From Nitrosopumilus sp. (GTDB taxonomy: Archaea > Thermoproteota > Nitrososphaeria > Nitrososphaerales > Nitrosopumilaceae): 64,000 nucleotides of DNA. A model generated the notes under the pieces. It searched no databases. It was given only the letters and a program-made list of their open reading frames with translations, and was not told the origin of the DNA. Positions 20,164-29,911 of this stretch are shown here, in pieces. Position 1 is the first letter of the stretch, and each line of letters starts with the position of its first letter. Position numbers and translations under genes: made by a program. Location of the stretch: the NCBI GenBank assembly GCA_965214775.1, contig OZ243974.1, positions 416,001 to 480,000 of the forward strand. The letters are read 5' to 3'.

Positions 20164-22269
20164 GTACAACTTCAGGTCCTTTTTATACTGACAGTCAAAC
20201 ATTTTTGGGCAGCATCTTATGATCAGATGCCCCTGCGAACATGGCTGAACATCAGACATTTGTGATCAGATATTGCAGGTTTGGAATTTACGGGAGTGAC
20301 ATAATATCGGCATCTTGGTCAAAGAATTTCGATGGAAATCTTTTTTGATCTTGCCTGTCTGATGTAACATATGGACTCCAAAGCCGTGCTTGCACACTGT
20401 ACGGATCCTGGAAAGGCACTTGTCATGATCATGGAGCAGGATGAGAAGATCTCCGGGCTGGAAAAAGAACTCTCTATTGTCAAGAAGGAGAATGCTGATG
20501 TCAAGAAGGAGAACTCTAAGCTTCAGGCAAGGCTTGCCCTGTACGAGAGTCCCAACATGCCCACGTCCACGCCGTCATTATACAATGATGCCAGAAGAAA
20601 GTTCAGGGAGAAAAGGGGCGAGGATCCCGGCGGCAGTCCCGGCGATGCTGCTCGGGGCAAGAAACGCGGCCCTCCGTGCAGACACCATGGTACATCGCAC
20701 GGCAACCGACCATCAATGACATTAAGGTACGATCTTGGCTCCAAAATATGCCCAAAGTGCAACATCCAGTTACGGATGCTCAAGCCGATCCACAAGCTTG
20801 TAAACGACCTAGATGACTCCATGCGCATGCTCACTGCCAATGCCATCATCCAAAACGCGGTGTGTCCACAGTGCAATACCGTGCATGTCGCAGCTACCCC
20901 GTTTCTAAGCGGCACGTCACTTGGGCCCGTCTCACTCTCTCTAATCATGATGTTCTTTGAGAAGGGAAACACAGACGAGGACATTGCAGAGTACTTTCAG
21001 TATATGTTTGGATTCAAGATGGCCCCAAATACCGTGACTGCCGCCCGGCACGCAGTGGCAGAGGCGATTCAACAAAACATGATACAACGCATACAGTCAT
21101 TCATTGCGGGCAGGCCGTGGATACAGATGGACGAGACCGGATTTAAGCGCGGCGACGGACACATGGGATACGTCTGGGTGCTCAACTGCGAGGGGGCGTG
21201 CTTTGTGGTATTTGCAGATTCCCGGTCCTCTGAGGTACTGCACACGCACTTTGGATGGCTGGATCCCAAGACTCCCATAGTCGTAGACGGACTGGCCCAG
21301 TACAAGCTGTTCTTTGTGACAATCCAGAGGTGTTGGAGGCACCTTCTGGCGTATGCAGAAAAGCTTGCAGTAAAGATGCCCGAAGGCGATAACGAGAAAA
21401 GGTATGACTTGCTGCTGGAATTCTACAGGAAGATAGATAAAATCAAGACGCTTGCGCCGCTTACATGCATGGAGCTTTCCAGGGAAGTATACAAAATAAT
21501 CAACCCGTATGAGGACGTTCACGTGCGTACACACCTGCTAAACGCCATACATAACATGTTTACGTGTCTGGCGCATCGGGGAATGCCGCTGCACAACAAC
21601 GATACGGAGCGGTGCATACGCGACGGGATCATACCACAACGCAATGCACGTCACAAGATTGTAACTGACGGGGGAAGAAAGACGGCTTCTGCGCTGCTGA
21701 CATTTTCGATGACATGTCGCAAGCAGAATATACATCCTGCCGGCGGACTCTTGAAATACCTGCGGAATCCGGGCTGGGATGTCTTTGCAGAAGCAAGAGA
21801 TGATGATGATAATGCGCGCCTGCTGTCCTCGCTTGTCAATACGGACGGTACAAAATACAGCGTCTTTGAGTGTCCCGGGCCGCCGCCGGTGTGGCCGCCT
21901 GTAGTCGATGATGACGCAGGCAGTGAAGGAGGAGCGGTACGCCGGAACCGGATGGCCGTCGTACCAGTAGCAGCTCCTACAACAACATGATCCGTCTGGC
22001 GCCTACGGGACGGCGTAACCCGTAGCTTCATGTCAAAGAATCCGGCCGTGTAGGCAAGTCTGCCAGTCAACAACGCCTGGCAAATCTGACAATGCTGGTT
22101 TCCTGCAGGTGCCGTCTGCCAATAATCTGCTGTCTGCGCGCTGCCGGTCTTGCATATACAAGGGACGTGTGGTGATGATGTAGCGGGTCTGTCACAGCAG
22201 ATGCGGAAGGATCAAAAAGTTCCGGGCAAAAAGTTCCCTAGTCAGTATAAAAAGGACCTGAAGTTGTAC
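20164..22269 (+). mobile_element. IS66-family element copy 2
   Basis: Same 29-bp TIR; 8-bp TSD AACTGTTT. Confidence 0.96.
20371..21990 (+). CDS. IS66-family DDE transposase
   Basis: Nearly identical to 7332-8954. Confidence 0.93.
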   Translation: MDSKAVLAHCTDPGKALVMIMEQDEKISGLEKELSIVKKENADVKKENSKLQARLALYESPNMPTSTPSLYNDARRKFREKRGEDPGGSPGDAARGKKRGPPCRHHGTSHGNRPSMTLRYDLGSKICPKCNIQLRMLKPIHKLVNDLDDSMRMLTANAIIQNAVCPQCNTVHVAATPFLSGTSLGPVSLSLIMMFFEKGNTDEDIAEYFQYMFGFKMAPNTVTAARHAVAEAIQQNMIQRIQSFIAGRPWIQMDETGFKRGDGHMGYVWVLNCEGACFVVFADSRSSEVLHTHFGWLDPKTPIVVDGLAQYKLFFVTIQRCWRHLLAYAEKLAVKMPEGDNEKRYDLLLEFYRKIDKIKTLAPLTCMELSREVYKIINPYEDVHVRTHLLNAIHNMFTCLAHRGMPLHNNDTERCIRDGIIPQRNARHKIVTDGGRKTASALLTFSMTCRKQNIHPAGGLLKYLRNPGWDVFAEARDDDDNARLLSSLVNTDGTKYSVFECPGPPPVWPPVVDDDAGSEGGAVRRNRMAVVPVAAPTTT

Positions 22270-22323
22270 AACTGTTTCAAGATTGGAGCCGCTTTTTGGG
22301 TTACTTTTGGGAAGACTGGACCT

Positions 22324-23225
22324 ACTTTGACTCAAAGACTTCTGCCCGTTGCTATATTTATCTTCACTGGAGGGGTCGAATTTGTACGCTTGCACGATTA
22401 CTACCGTATCCTTGCAAGCTCCGTGACATGCCTTAGATCCTCCTCGTAAAAGCACGTGTCGCCGATGCACTCGCCCTGCACGCCGTACACTACTGTCAAT
22501 AACAGAGTCGCCACGTGACACGCCGCCGTTGTCTTCAAGAATTGCCGTCCCGACCCTGCCGGTTCCGCCTGCCCTGACATATTCTGATAGCGATGAATCC
22601 AGATGCATCGGCAGCGGATGATCCGTGTTGCCGCTGTAATCCCTGATGTTGCTGGGAAACACGTTCTGATGCCAGCTGTCCCATGCTGCATGATTTCCTG
22701 AATCCACATGCACTATTCCTATTTTATGTCCCGTGCCACCCAGCGTATCAGAGTGCGTGTTATCAGCAGAGTCATAGTATTTGGAGACATATTGTGCAGT
22801 CAGGTTTCGCGCGTGTATGACCTCCTCTCCCGGAATCCCGTCAAGGGGGTTATCGCCTAATTCACCAGAATTCCTGAAAACCGCTGAGGTGCCATATCGA
22901 CTAGGCGTGCAAGTGGGGTGAAAATTCAGAAAAACGTGCAGGTTGAGTCAAGTAGGTGGAATTACGCGACAAACCCCCCCCCACGTCAAGTGCCGCAAAT
23001 ATTATTTGGATCGGTCTGCCGCCGTCGTTGCGTATTGTAACTGATGCTGCAAGCGTGTCTACTACGCCCGCATATATCTCAGGAGTTATCGTCAGTGTCA
23101 CTGTCACCGCCAACGTTGAGAAGTGCCCGATCCAGTATGCCTCCTGACAGAAGCGCGGTAGCGGCTCCTGCTACTGCCACTGTTATTCCCATACGCGTTA
23201 TCACCTCCTTTGTAAGCTGTGCCAT
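22324..23225 (-). pseudogene. Fragmented membrane-anchored/pilin-like gene
   Basis: MAQLTKEVITRMGITVAVAGAATALL N-terminus, then protein-like pieces in shifting frames (22901-23113, 22401-22713). Confidence 0.4.
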
Positions 23226-23306
23226 ATGCCGGATACAGTGTTTGGGATTTAAGCGCAGGCAACATCAACCTAACAGAATCCTATGTGCCTGTTGAAATGC
23301 TCATTG

Positions 23307-23381
23307 CGGGGACGGAAGGATTCGAACCTCCGATATCCGGTTTCGAGTCCAGGTGCCTTATCCAGACTAGACCACATCCCC
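23307..23381 (-). tRNA. tRNA with atypical anticodon arm (Arg-TCG by position; loop also readable as CGA)
   Basis: GGGGATG acceptor, D arm GTCT-AGTCTGGATA-AGGC, T arm GGAGG-TTCGAAT-CCTTC, G discriminator; anticodon arm CCTGG ACTCGAA ACCGG. Confidence 0.85.
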
Positions 23382-23395
23382 ATAAAACTGAATTT

Positions 23396-23444
23396 TCCCC
23401 CACCCTCGAAAGCGGGCGATCCTGCAGGGTCACCCGGTGGGGGA
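23396..23444 (-). ncRNA. GC-rich bulged hairpin immediately upstream of the tRNA
   Basis: TCCCCCACC/GGTGGGGGA outer stem, GGGTGACCC/GGATCGCCC inner stem, 9-nt bulge; strand inferred from the adjacent tRNA. Confidence 0.5.
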
Positions 23445-23625
23445 CTTGAAATCCTAATCTAGAACGACAGGATACAAGGAAGAACGACTTCGACTTTTAT
23501 GGGTGGTCGTCACATATAATTATTTGTCAGCTTGCCTGCCTGAAGGCGTGAGAGTTACATTGGAAAACAGATACTGCCGGCATCGTGCATGCAGTCTTTT
23601 TCCTCAATACTCAATACAAGTATGG

Positions 23626-23716
23626 GTACGAGTTTACCCCTCACCTGAGATACGATGTGGCAGGCGTGATCATGAAGGCTCCAGACACCAGTGACGCCTA
23701 AGGGGCAAACTCGTAC
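23626..23716. mobile_element. MITE family B copy
   Basis: 91 bp, TIR GTACGAGTTT(A/G)CCCCT, internal caggcgtgatcatgaaggctcc shared; no TSD. Confidence 0.85.
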
Positions 23717-23720
23717 CCAG

Positions 23721-23838
23721 CAGTCTTCCCAGTTCCCCGCAAAACGGCTCCAAATTCGAAACAATTTAGACTAGGCGGCACGCAGATCCACACATCGCCG
23801 CCTGCGCCGCCGTGAGCCGGGCACATCTGAGAAGACTG
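23721..23838. mobile_element. MITE family A copy (inverted, diverged)
   Basis: CAGTCTTCCCAG...CTGAGAAGACTG, internal similarity to the 20084 copy; no TSD. Confidence 0.8.
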
Positions 23839-23853
23839 CTGGAGCCACCGGAC

Positions 23854-24060
23854 GTAACAGGATATGGTACCAACATCAAAAAATGGAATGTGATTTTGAC
23901 ACATCGTGCCTATTTCGCCAAAAAAATATTCCATTTTCAACTGCACGCGCTATAGCCCCTGCCTGGCCGGCAATCAGGCACGAATCTGTCTGCAGTTGTG
24001 ATTTTCATGGCTGACCGCCGGCAAGGGACGTGACTTGAACTGGCCAGGAGATCCTGTTAC
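23854..24060. mobile_element. Putative IS66-type MITE (GTAACAGGAT...ATCCTGTTAC)
   Basis: 10-bp TIR; internal aaaaaatattc-attttcaactg also at ~19230-19253; no TSD. Confidence 0.55.
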
Positions 24061-24131
24061 TGCGTGCGTCTTTGAGCAGCAGCTGCTCTAGAAACTGATC
24101 TTGTATTTTTTTGGCAAAAACAGATAGTTGA

Positions 24132-24314
24132 CTAGCGTTTTCTGCGTTTTTGACCTGGTTTGTTCTGACCTGGAACCCTTCCTAGAACAAACCTCTTCTT
24201 GAAATTACTCTTGTTTCTAAGGCTGGAGTTTGTACCTACGATCTTTCTTCCTTCGACTTTGGGGGTTTGCCCTCGTACCTTGCCAGCTTTGGTCAGCGAA
24301 CCGTGAGTTGCCAT
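24132..24314 (-). CDS. rps30e: 30S ribosomal protein eS30
   Basis: HGSLTKAGKVRGQTPKV. Confidence 0.97.
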   Translation of the reverse strand: MATHGSLTKAGKVRGQTPKVEGRKIVGTNSSLRNKSNFKKRFVLGRVPGQNKPGQKRRKR

Positions 24315-24367
24315 GAATCAAGCACCAGACTAGGAAATTTATGTATTTGGATATTCAATTCGTTTGC

Positions 24368-26107
24368 CTACCAGTACTTGGCCTTGACAGTCTCAATGAC
24401 TTTTTCGTGCTCCCTTCCCTTCTTGCGTGCGTATCTCTCCATTGCGCCAAGAGGGACGCCTCCAAGAGAACGTGCAATGGCGTTGAAAAAGTATCTCTGA
24501 GGACCCTTAGAACCGGTTTTGGTCATGAATTTTTGAATGCCGTACTTGAAGTTATGCTGCCAGGTCTTGTACAGGACTCCCAGTTGGGCAGGAGTCATCT
24601 CATTTCCGATATTAAAAAAGTCAGATTTTTCAAGCAGACCGATCGGAACAAACGTCAACGCAGTTGCAGTAAACATCGATTCGGGCTGCTCTTCTTCCAG
24701 CTCGTTGATTAGTCGGATTGTCTCCCAAGAATCTTCTGGAGTTTCGTCGTTGTCAAGGCCCATAATGAGAGTGAATGCCGGAATCCAATAGTCCTTGTTG
24801 AGGGTCTTTACACCTTCCTTTACAACCCAGTGCCACTCGTCAGGCGAATATGGTGCAAGTTTTCTATCAGCATACTTTCCAATCAGTCTCAAGCTGCCTG
24901 TTTCAAATCCAGCCTGAACGCCAATCATGTTATCAGGGCCGGCCCTGATGATTTTAGACAGGTTTGGAATGAGCTTCTCATCGGCAATTGCTCCGGCCAG
25001 CGTGCCATGTGTCGGATTTGTGTGTTCGACACCAGTTGACATGATTGCAGTAAAGAGTTCCTCTAATGCCTCTCTGTTTGGCTCCATGCCCTTTGCAGTT
25101 CTTGGATCCATTCCATAAACGAAGATATCATCACTGTGAATCCATGCAGATTTGGAGCCGCCTTTCCTTATGTTGACTTCAATCTCCTTTTTGACTTTTT
25201 CAGGGGAATAGTATCTCAATGATCTTAATGTGACATCACAGAACTTGCAGCCTCTTCCGCATCCGCGCATTACCTCCACCATTCCGTGCATGCTTGGTTC
25301 GACAATGTCAGGGATTTCCTCTAGTTCTGGTCTGTCCCAAAAGTTCACAAACCTGCCGTGAAGCTTTCTGCCGTTTCGCTCAAACTCCTTGATGTTAACC
25401 TTGAAATCACTTCTCTTTCTGAAGGGATCCATGTTTTCAAAATCACCGTTAATCAGATAGTTAAAGAATCGCCCTGCATGTCCGTCAATCTCAGGGGCAA
25501 TGCCTCCAAGCTCACCCTCCAAAATAGCATAGATTCCAAACTCCTCAATCTTTTGAGGATCATAGTTGTATTGCCAGGTTCCAGACGCGCCAGAAATTAC
25601 CTTGGCTTTGCTTCCGGTCTTTTCTTTTGCAGCTTTAATCCTGTGATGAAGTTCGGTGTTATAGTATTCGTCATATGACATTTGCTTTCTGCCATATGTG
25701 AAGGTCATCGTAACTGGACCCATTCCCAATGGATCCATCTCATAAGTTCCGACAACTAGTGTTTGAGGGCCAATGAATCTTTCAATATGATCAGGATGTG
25801 CCACGACAACATCCTGCCTGCTAAAGCCGTCTCTTAGAAGCCCTGCCTCTAATTTTCTGAGTCCATAAGGGGCATAGTTTGCAACGCCGTTGGTGTGCGG
25901 AATGTAATTACAGATGAAATCAAACAGAATCTTCGGAGTAACCTGTTTTCCAAGGATTTTGTGCCAAAAGCTCTTCGGATCCCTGTTAGGATCCAAGGCC
26001 GGGGCACATCCAAAAAACGTGGCAAGTGACAATCCCCTATACGGAGACATCAAAGTACGATCGGCAGTCAGAACGATCTTTGGAGTAGTAGCACCCATTC
26101 CCTTCAT
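24368..26107 (-). CDS. Radical SAM protein (B12-binding-domain-like class)
   Basis: RGCGRGCKFC CxxxCxxC motif; APYGLRKLEA. Confidence 0.9.
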   Translation of the reverse strand: MKGMGATTPKIVLTADRTLMSPYRGLSLATFFGCAPALDPNRDPKSFWHKILGKQVTPKILFDFICNYIPHTNGVANYAPYGLRKLEAGLLRDGFSRQDVVVAHPDHIERFIGPQTLVVGTYEMDPLGMGPVTMTFTYGRKQMSYDEYYNTELHHRIKAAKEKTGSKAKVISGASGTWQYNYDPQKIEEFGIYAILEGELGGIAPEIDGHAGRFFNYLINGDFENMDPFRKRSDFKVNIKEFERNGRKLHGRFVNFWDRPELEEIPDIVEPSMHGMVEVMRGCGRGCKFCDVTLRSLRYYSPEKVKKEIEVNIRKGGSKSAWIHSDDIFVYGMDPRTAKGMEPNREALEELFTAIMSTGVEHTNPTHGTLAGAIADEKLIPNLSKIIRAGPDNMIGVQAGFETGSLRLIGKYADRKLAPYSPDEWHWVVKEGVKTLNKDYWIPAFTLIMGLDNDETPEDSWETIRLINELEEEQPESMFTATALTFVPIGLLEKSDFFNIGNEMTPAQLGVLYKTWQHNFKYGIQKFMTKTGSKGPQRYFFNAIARSLGGVPLGAMERYARKKGREHEKVIETVKAKYW

Positions 26108-26149
26108 CGAAATAATTTTCTGATTTATTTTAAACCTTGCTGGTTTAAC

Positions 26150-26965
26150 CTAGTAATTCTCTAAAATTCCAGCCTTGTTTCTGTGAAAATGCCCAAATTC
26201 CTTGTTTTCTGCAAGATGTGAACCGTCAAAAACGGTTCCGTCACGACAGACCAGGTCTTCTCCGGTACAGCAGCTGCCACAGATTCCAACACCGCACTTC
26301 ATCATTCTTTCAAGGCTTGCCTGAACAAAGATTCCTCTAGAATGGGCAGATTGGACTGTTTTGTACATCATGACTTCAGGGCCACAGGCATACACCCCGT
26401 CAAATTTGGTTTCAGAGACCAGTTTTTCTGCCAAATCAGCAACATTGCCTTTTTCACCGTAACTTCCATCATCAGTGGAAACAATTACCGTGTGGGAATC
26501 GTTATTTTCCAGCAATTTGTTTGCCAGATCCTCAAAAAACACCTCATCTTTGGACTTGGCGCCGATTAGAACGGTAACATCATCAGTTGGCTTTACAAAT
26601 GTCAGCAATCTCATCATCGGAACAAGACCGGTTCCGCCACCGACCAAAAGCAATTTGCCTTCTTTGACATCAAAGGCATTTCCGTATGGGCCCCTGATTC
26701 CAATCTGCCCTCCAACCTTCACATTAAACAGCCCCGTAGAAGAAGGCCCGTGTTTTCTAACAGTAAAGGCTGCCTTTCCGGATTCTTGGGCAATCATCAC
26801 GCTCATGGGCAGTTCATTTACACCGGGAATCCAGACCATTGCAAACTGGCCAGGCAGGACGTCTGGCATTACATCGTCAGAATAAACAAGCGTTCTGACA
26901 GTCGGTGTTTCGTCAATTACTTTTTCAATCGTAACAATTGTCGGGTGATCAGGATTTCTTTGCAA
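26150..26965 (-). CDS. pyrK: Dihydroorotate dehydrogenase electron transfer subunit
   Basis: PGQFAM, GPYGN, GGGTG, CGPEVM, KCGVGICGSC 2Fe-2S motif. Confidence 0.95.
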   Translation of the reverse strand: MQRNPDHPTIVTIEKVIDETPTVRTLVYSDDVMPDVLPGQFAMVWIPGVNELPMSVMIAQESGKAAFTVRKHGPSSTGLFNVKVGGQIGIRGPYGNAFDVKEGKLLLVGGGTGLVPMMRLLTFVKPTDDVTVLIGAKSKDEVFFEDLANKLLENNDSHTVIVSTDDGSYGEKGNVADLAEKLVSETKFDGVYACGPEVMMYKTVQSAHSRGIFVQASLERMMKCGVGICGSCCTGEDLVCRDGTVFDGSHLAENKEFGHFHRNKAGILENY

Positions 26966-27860
26966 GTCCCACCATTTCCCTTATGCTTGAATAGTTTTTA
27001 CGTTTCATGTACTGTATGATTCCGTTGTTGATATCCTCAAAAACCCCAACCCAGTTATCGCCTATCGCACTTCCGAGCTGGACTGCAGATGCGCCTGCCA
27101 GGAAGAATTCCACTGCATCCTCCCAGGTGGAGATCCCCCCACACCCAACAATCGGAACCTCGTATTTTGAAGAGATCTCATACACACATCTTTGTGCGAT
27201 TGGCTTTATCGGAGTTCCGGACAGACCGCCGAATTTGTTGCTAAGAATTGGTCGCCGGGTTTCGACATCTATTGCCATTGAACGGACCGTATTGATTGCG
27301 GTAATGGCGTCAACTCCAGAGTCGACAGCTGCGCCGACGGCATCTAGATAATTGCTTGTACCCAGTCCGACCTTGGCAATTACCGGAACGCTTGTAGATT
27401 TTTTTACTGCAGACACAATTTCTTTAACGAGTCCATGATCATCGCCTACCTCTAAACCGACTTGGGCAACATGAGGACATGACAGGTTAAGCTCGTATGC
27501 CTTGATCTTACAGTTTTCAAATTCCTTGATCATTGTCTTAAAATCATCTGGCACCGAACCTACCAAGCTGACAACAACAGGAACGTCTTGATTGGGCTGA
27601 ATCATCTTGGCAAAGTTTGCAGCGCCGGGATTTGACAATCCGACGGCATTAATCCAGCCTCCGCCCTTTACGCTAATGATCGTAGGGTTTGGATATCCCT
27701 CCCAGGGAGCTATGCTAAGAGATTTCGTAACAACTGCACCTGCACCGGATCTATAAAGTCGGTTAAACACGTCTAGTGATATGCCTAAAATTCCCGAGGC
27801 CAACATTACAGGTCTGTCTATTTGAATAGGGCCAATAGAAGTTGCAATACTGGGCTCCAC
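26949..27860 (-). CDS. pyrD: Dihydroorotate dehydrogenase catalytic subunit
   Basis: LASG, TKS, NAVGLSNPG, NLSCPH, GGLSG; GTG start chosen to avoid overlap with nop5. Confidence 0.96.
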   Translation of the reverse strand: MEPSIATSIGPIQIDRPVMLASGILGISLDVFNRLYRSGAGAVVTKSLSIAPWEGYPNPTIISVKGGGWINAVGLSNPGAANFAKMIQPNQDVPVVVSLVGSVPDDFKTMIKEFENCKIKAYELNLSCPHVAQVGLEVGDDHGLVKEIVSAVKKSTSVPVIAKVGLGTSNYLDAVGAAVDSGVDAITAINTVRSMAIDVETRRPILSNKFGGLSGTPIKPIAQRCVYEISSKYEVPIVGCGGISTWEDAVEFFLAGASAVQLGSAIGDNWVGVFEDINNGIIQYMKRKNYSSIREMVGLAKKS

Positions 27861-27945
27861 TTTGATTAATGGGATCAGGTTCGAATATAATAGTTGATTT
27901 GCGGTTCTGGTACCTTTTTTAAAGGTGATTTGGGCTGAACTAGTC

Positions 27946-29250
27946 ATGTATTCTGTAATTTTGACAGAGTTGGGAATTTCAGTTTTCAAGGAAGAGAAAC
28001 TGGAAAAGGCATTCAGATTTAACAATCCAGTAAAAGACTATCTTGAAATTAAAAACAAGGATGCAAAGCTCAATGAACTGATAAACTACTTGGGTTCGGT
28101 TCAAAGAGGCGTTTCTGTAAGTGACGAGTCGCTGCTGTCTATTTTGAAAAGAAATTCCATCGATTCCCAGCTAATGGATTCAGAGGATCGAGACAGAGTA
28201 CAGTCTTCAAAACCAGAAATAATTGTAGAATCTGAGTTTGCAAGCAATCCACAGGATGCACTAGGGAAATTAAGGGGCTTTGCTTTGGGCATTTCGTCCT
28301 CAAGGGTTACTGAATTTTCAGAAAGCCCGGATTTGCACATCATTCAGGCAATTAACTCGCTTGACGAGATTGACAAGATTGCAAATGCACTTGGTTCCAG
28401 GCTAAGGGAATGGTACGGATTACATTTTCCAGAACTAGATAACATGATTGACAGCATCAACGGATATGCACAAATTGTGATGGCAGGAAAAAGGGAATCA
28501 TTATCAAGGCAAGTTTTTGAGGACGCAGGTTTTCCAGAATCCAAAGTCGAGATGCTGACATTGATTGCATCAAAGAGTGTGGGAGGAGACATTTCAGATG
28601 CCAATTTAACAATTGCCCAGTCAATTGCAAGGCAGATTTTGGACTTTCATGATTTAAGAAAGAGGCTTGAAGGACATGTTGAGTCAGAGATGGCAGCAAT
28701 TGCGCCAAATCTTTCGGCAATTCTTGGAACGGCAGTCGGAGCCAGAATTTTGGATAGAGCCGGCAGCTTGAAAAGACTAGCATCGCTTCCTGCAAGCACA
28801 ATTCAAGTCTTGGGTGCAGAAAAGGCACTGTTTAGATCACTGAAAACAGGCTCCCAACCGCCAAAACACGGGCTGTTATTCCAGCATGCCATGGTTCATG
28901 CTGCACCGCGCTGGCAAAGGGGAAAAATTGCTCGTGCAATTGCAGCCAAGGCAGTGATTGCTGCAAGAGTGGACGTGTATGGCCAAGGATTAAACGAAAC
29001 ATTGCTTGACAAGCTAAACGTCAGGGTTGGGGAGATTGGCAAAAAGTATGAGAACCCAACTGAAAAGGACATGAGAAAGCCCCAATCATTTAGAAGAGAC
29101 AGAGGAGGCAACTTTAGAGACAATCCAAGCAGAAGAGGAAGAGGAAGAGGAGAAGACAGAGGAGACTCCAAATACCAGAGTCCAAAGAACAGGGGCAGAT
29201 CAGGATCAAAGAACAAGAGCAAAAAGAGAAAGAGGCTTGGAAAAAGATAA
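27946..29250 (+). CDS. nop5: C/D box RNP protein Nop5/Nop56
   Basis: LREWYGLHFPEL, PASTIQVLGAEKALF, PPKHG. Confidence 0.97.
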   Translation: MYSVILTELGISVFKEEKLEKAFRFNNPVKDYLEIKNKDAKLNELINYLGSVQRGVSVSDESLLSILKRNSIDSQLMDSEDRDRVQSSKPEIIVESEFASNPQDALGKLRGFALGISSSRVTEFSESPDLHIIQAINSLDEIDKIANALGSRLREWYGLHFPELDNMIDSINGYAQIVMAGKRESLSRQVFEDAGFPESKVEMLTLIASKSVGGDISDANLTIAQSIARQILDFHDLRKRLEGHVESEMAAIAPNLSAILGTAVGARILDRAGSLKRLASLPASTIQVLGAEKALFRSLKTGSQPPKHGLLFQHAMVHAAPRWQRGKIARAIAAKAVIAARVDVYGQGLNETLLDKLNVRVGEIGKKYENPTEKDMRKPQSFRRDRGGNFRDNPSRRGRGRGEDRGDSKYQSPKNRGRSGSKNKSKKRKRLGKR

Positions 29251-29911
29251 CCGATCATTTTTCTGGATCAAGTCAGATGGTGAGCAAAAGCTGGCCACTG
29301 AAAATTTGGTTCCAGGAAATCAGGTTTACAAAGAAAAGACGGTAACAAAGAAAGGAATCGAATTCAGATTATGGGATCCTTTCAGAAGTAAATTGGCTGC
29401 AGCAATAATGAACGGGTTGGATGATTTTCCGTTTGAAAACAAATCAAGGGTTCTTTATCTCGGGGCATCTACCGGAACGACGGTAAGTCACATATCTGAC
29501 ATCGTGGGTCCAAGCGGAATTGTCTTTGGCGTGGAGCATGCAAGCAGGGTTGCAAGAGATTTTCTAGACAGAGTTGCATCATACAGAAAGAACATCATTC
29601 CGATCCTGCAGGATGCCAGAAGACCCTCCGAATATTTTTCAGTTTTTGGAAAAGTGGATATAGTCTATGCAGATATCGCACAGCCTGATCAAACAAAAAT
29701 TGCTATTGAAAATTGCGAAATGTTTCTGAAAAAAGGAGGATACTTTTTCCTGGTAATCAAGACAAGAAGTATCGATGTGACAAAATCCCCAAAAAAAATC
29801 ATCAAAGATGAAGTTCAAAAATTGAAAGGCAGGTTTGAAATCATTCAGTCTATTGATTTGCATCCATATGACAAGGATCATGAAATGGTAATTGCAAAAT
29901 TCAAGAGCTAG
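29237..29911 (+). CDS. flpA: Fibrillarin-like 2'-O-methyltransferase
   Basis: WDPFRSKLAAAI, VLYLGASTGTTVSHISD, DIAQPDQ. Confidence 0.97.
   Translation: MEKDNRSFFWIKSDGEQKLATENLVPGNQVYKEKTVTKKGIEFRLWDPFRSKLAAAIMNGLDDFPFENKSRVLYLGASTGTTVSHISDIVGPSGIVFGVEHASRVARDFLDRVASYRKNIIPILQDARRPSEYFSVFGKVDIVYADIAQPDQTKIAIENCEMFLKKGGYFFLVIKTRSIDVTKSPKKIIKDEVQKLKGRFEIIQSIDLHPYDKDHEMVIAKFKS

Larger units (their letters stand above)
20084..22318. mobile_element. MITE family A (121 bp) interrupted by IS66 copy 2
   Basis: CAGTCTTCC...GGAAGACTG ends, 5-bp TSD GACCT; 80+41 bp halves rejoin to 121 bp. Confidence 0.9.

Noticed and set aside
7125-22269. Composite transposon formed by the two direct IS66 copies carrying XPB-Bax1
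   Set aside because: Copy 2 has its own TSD and sits inside a MITE; the outer flanks (ttttgttt vs aactgttt) do not match
7125-23330. tRNA-integrated element with an att duplication
   Set aside because: No second copy of the tRNA 3' end and no integrase seen in the window
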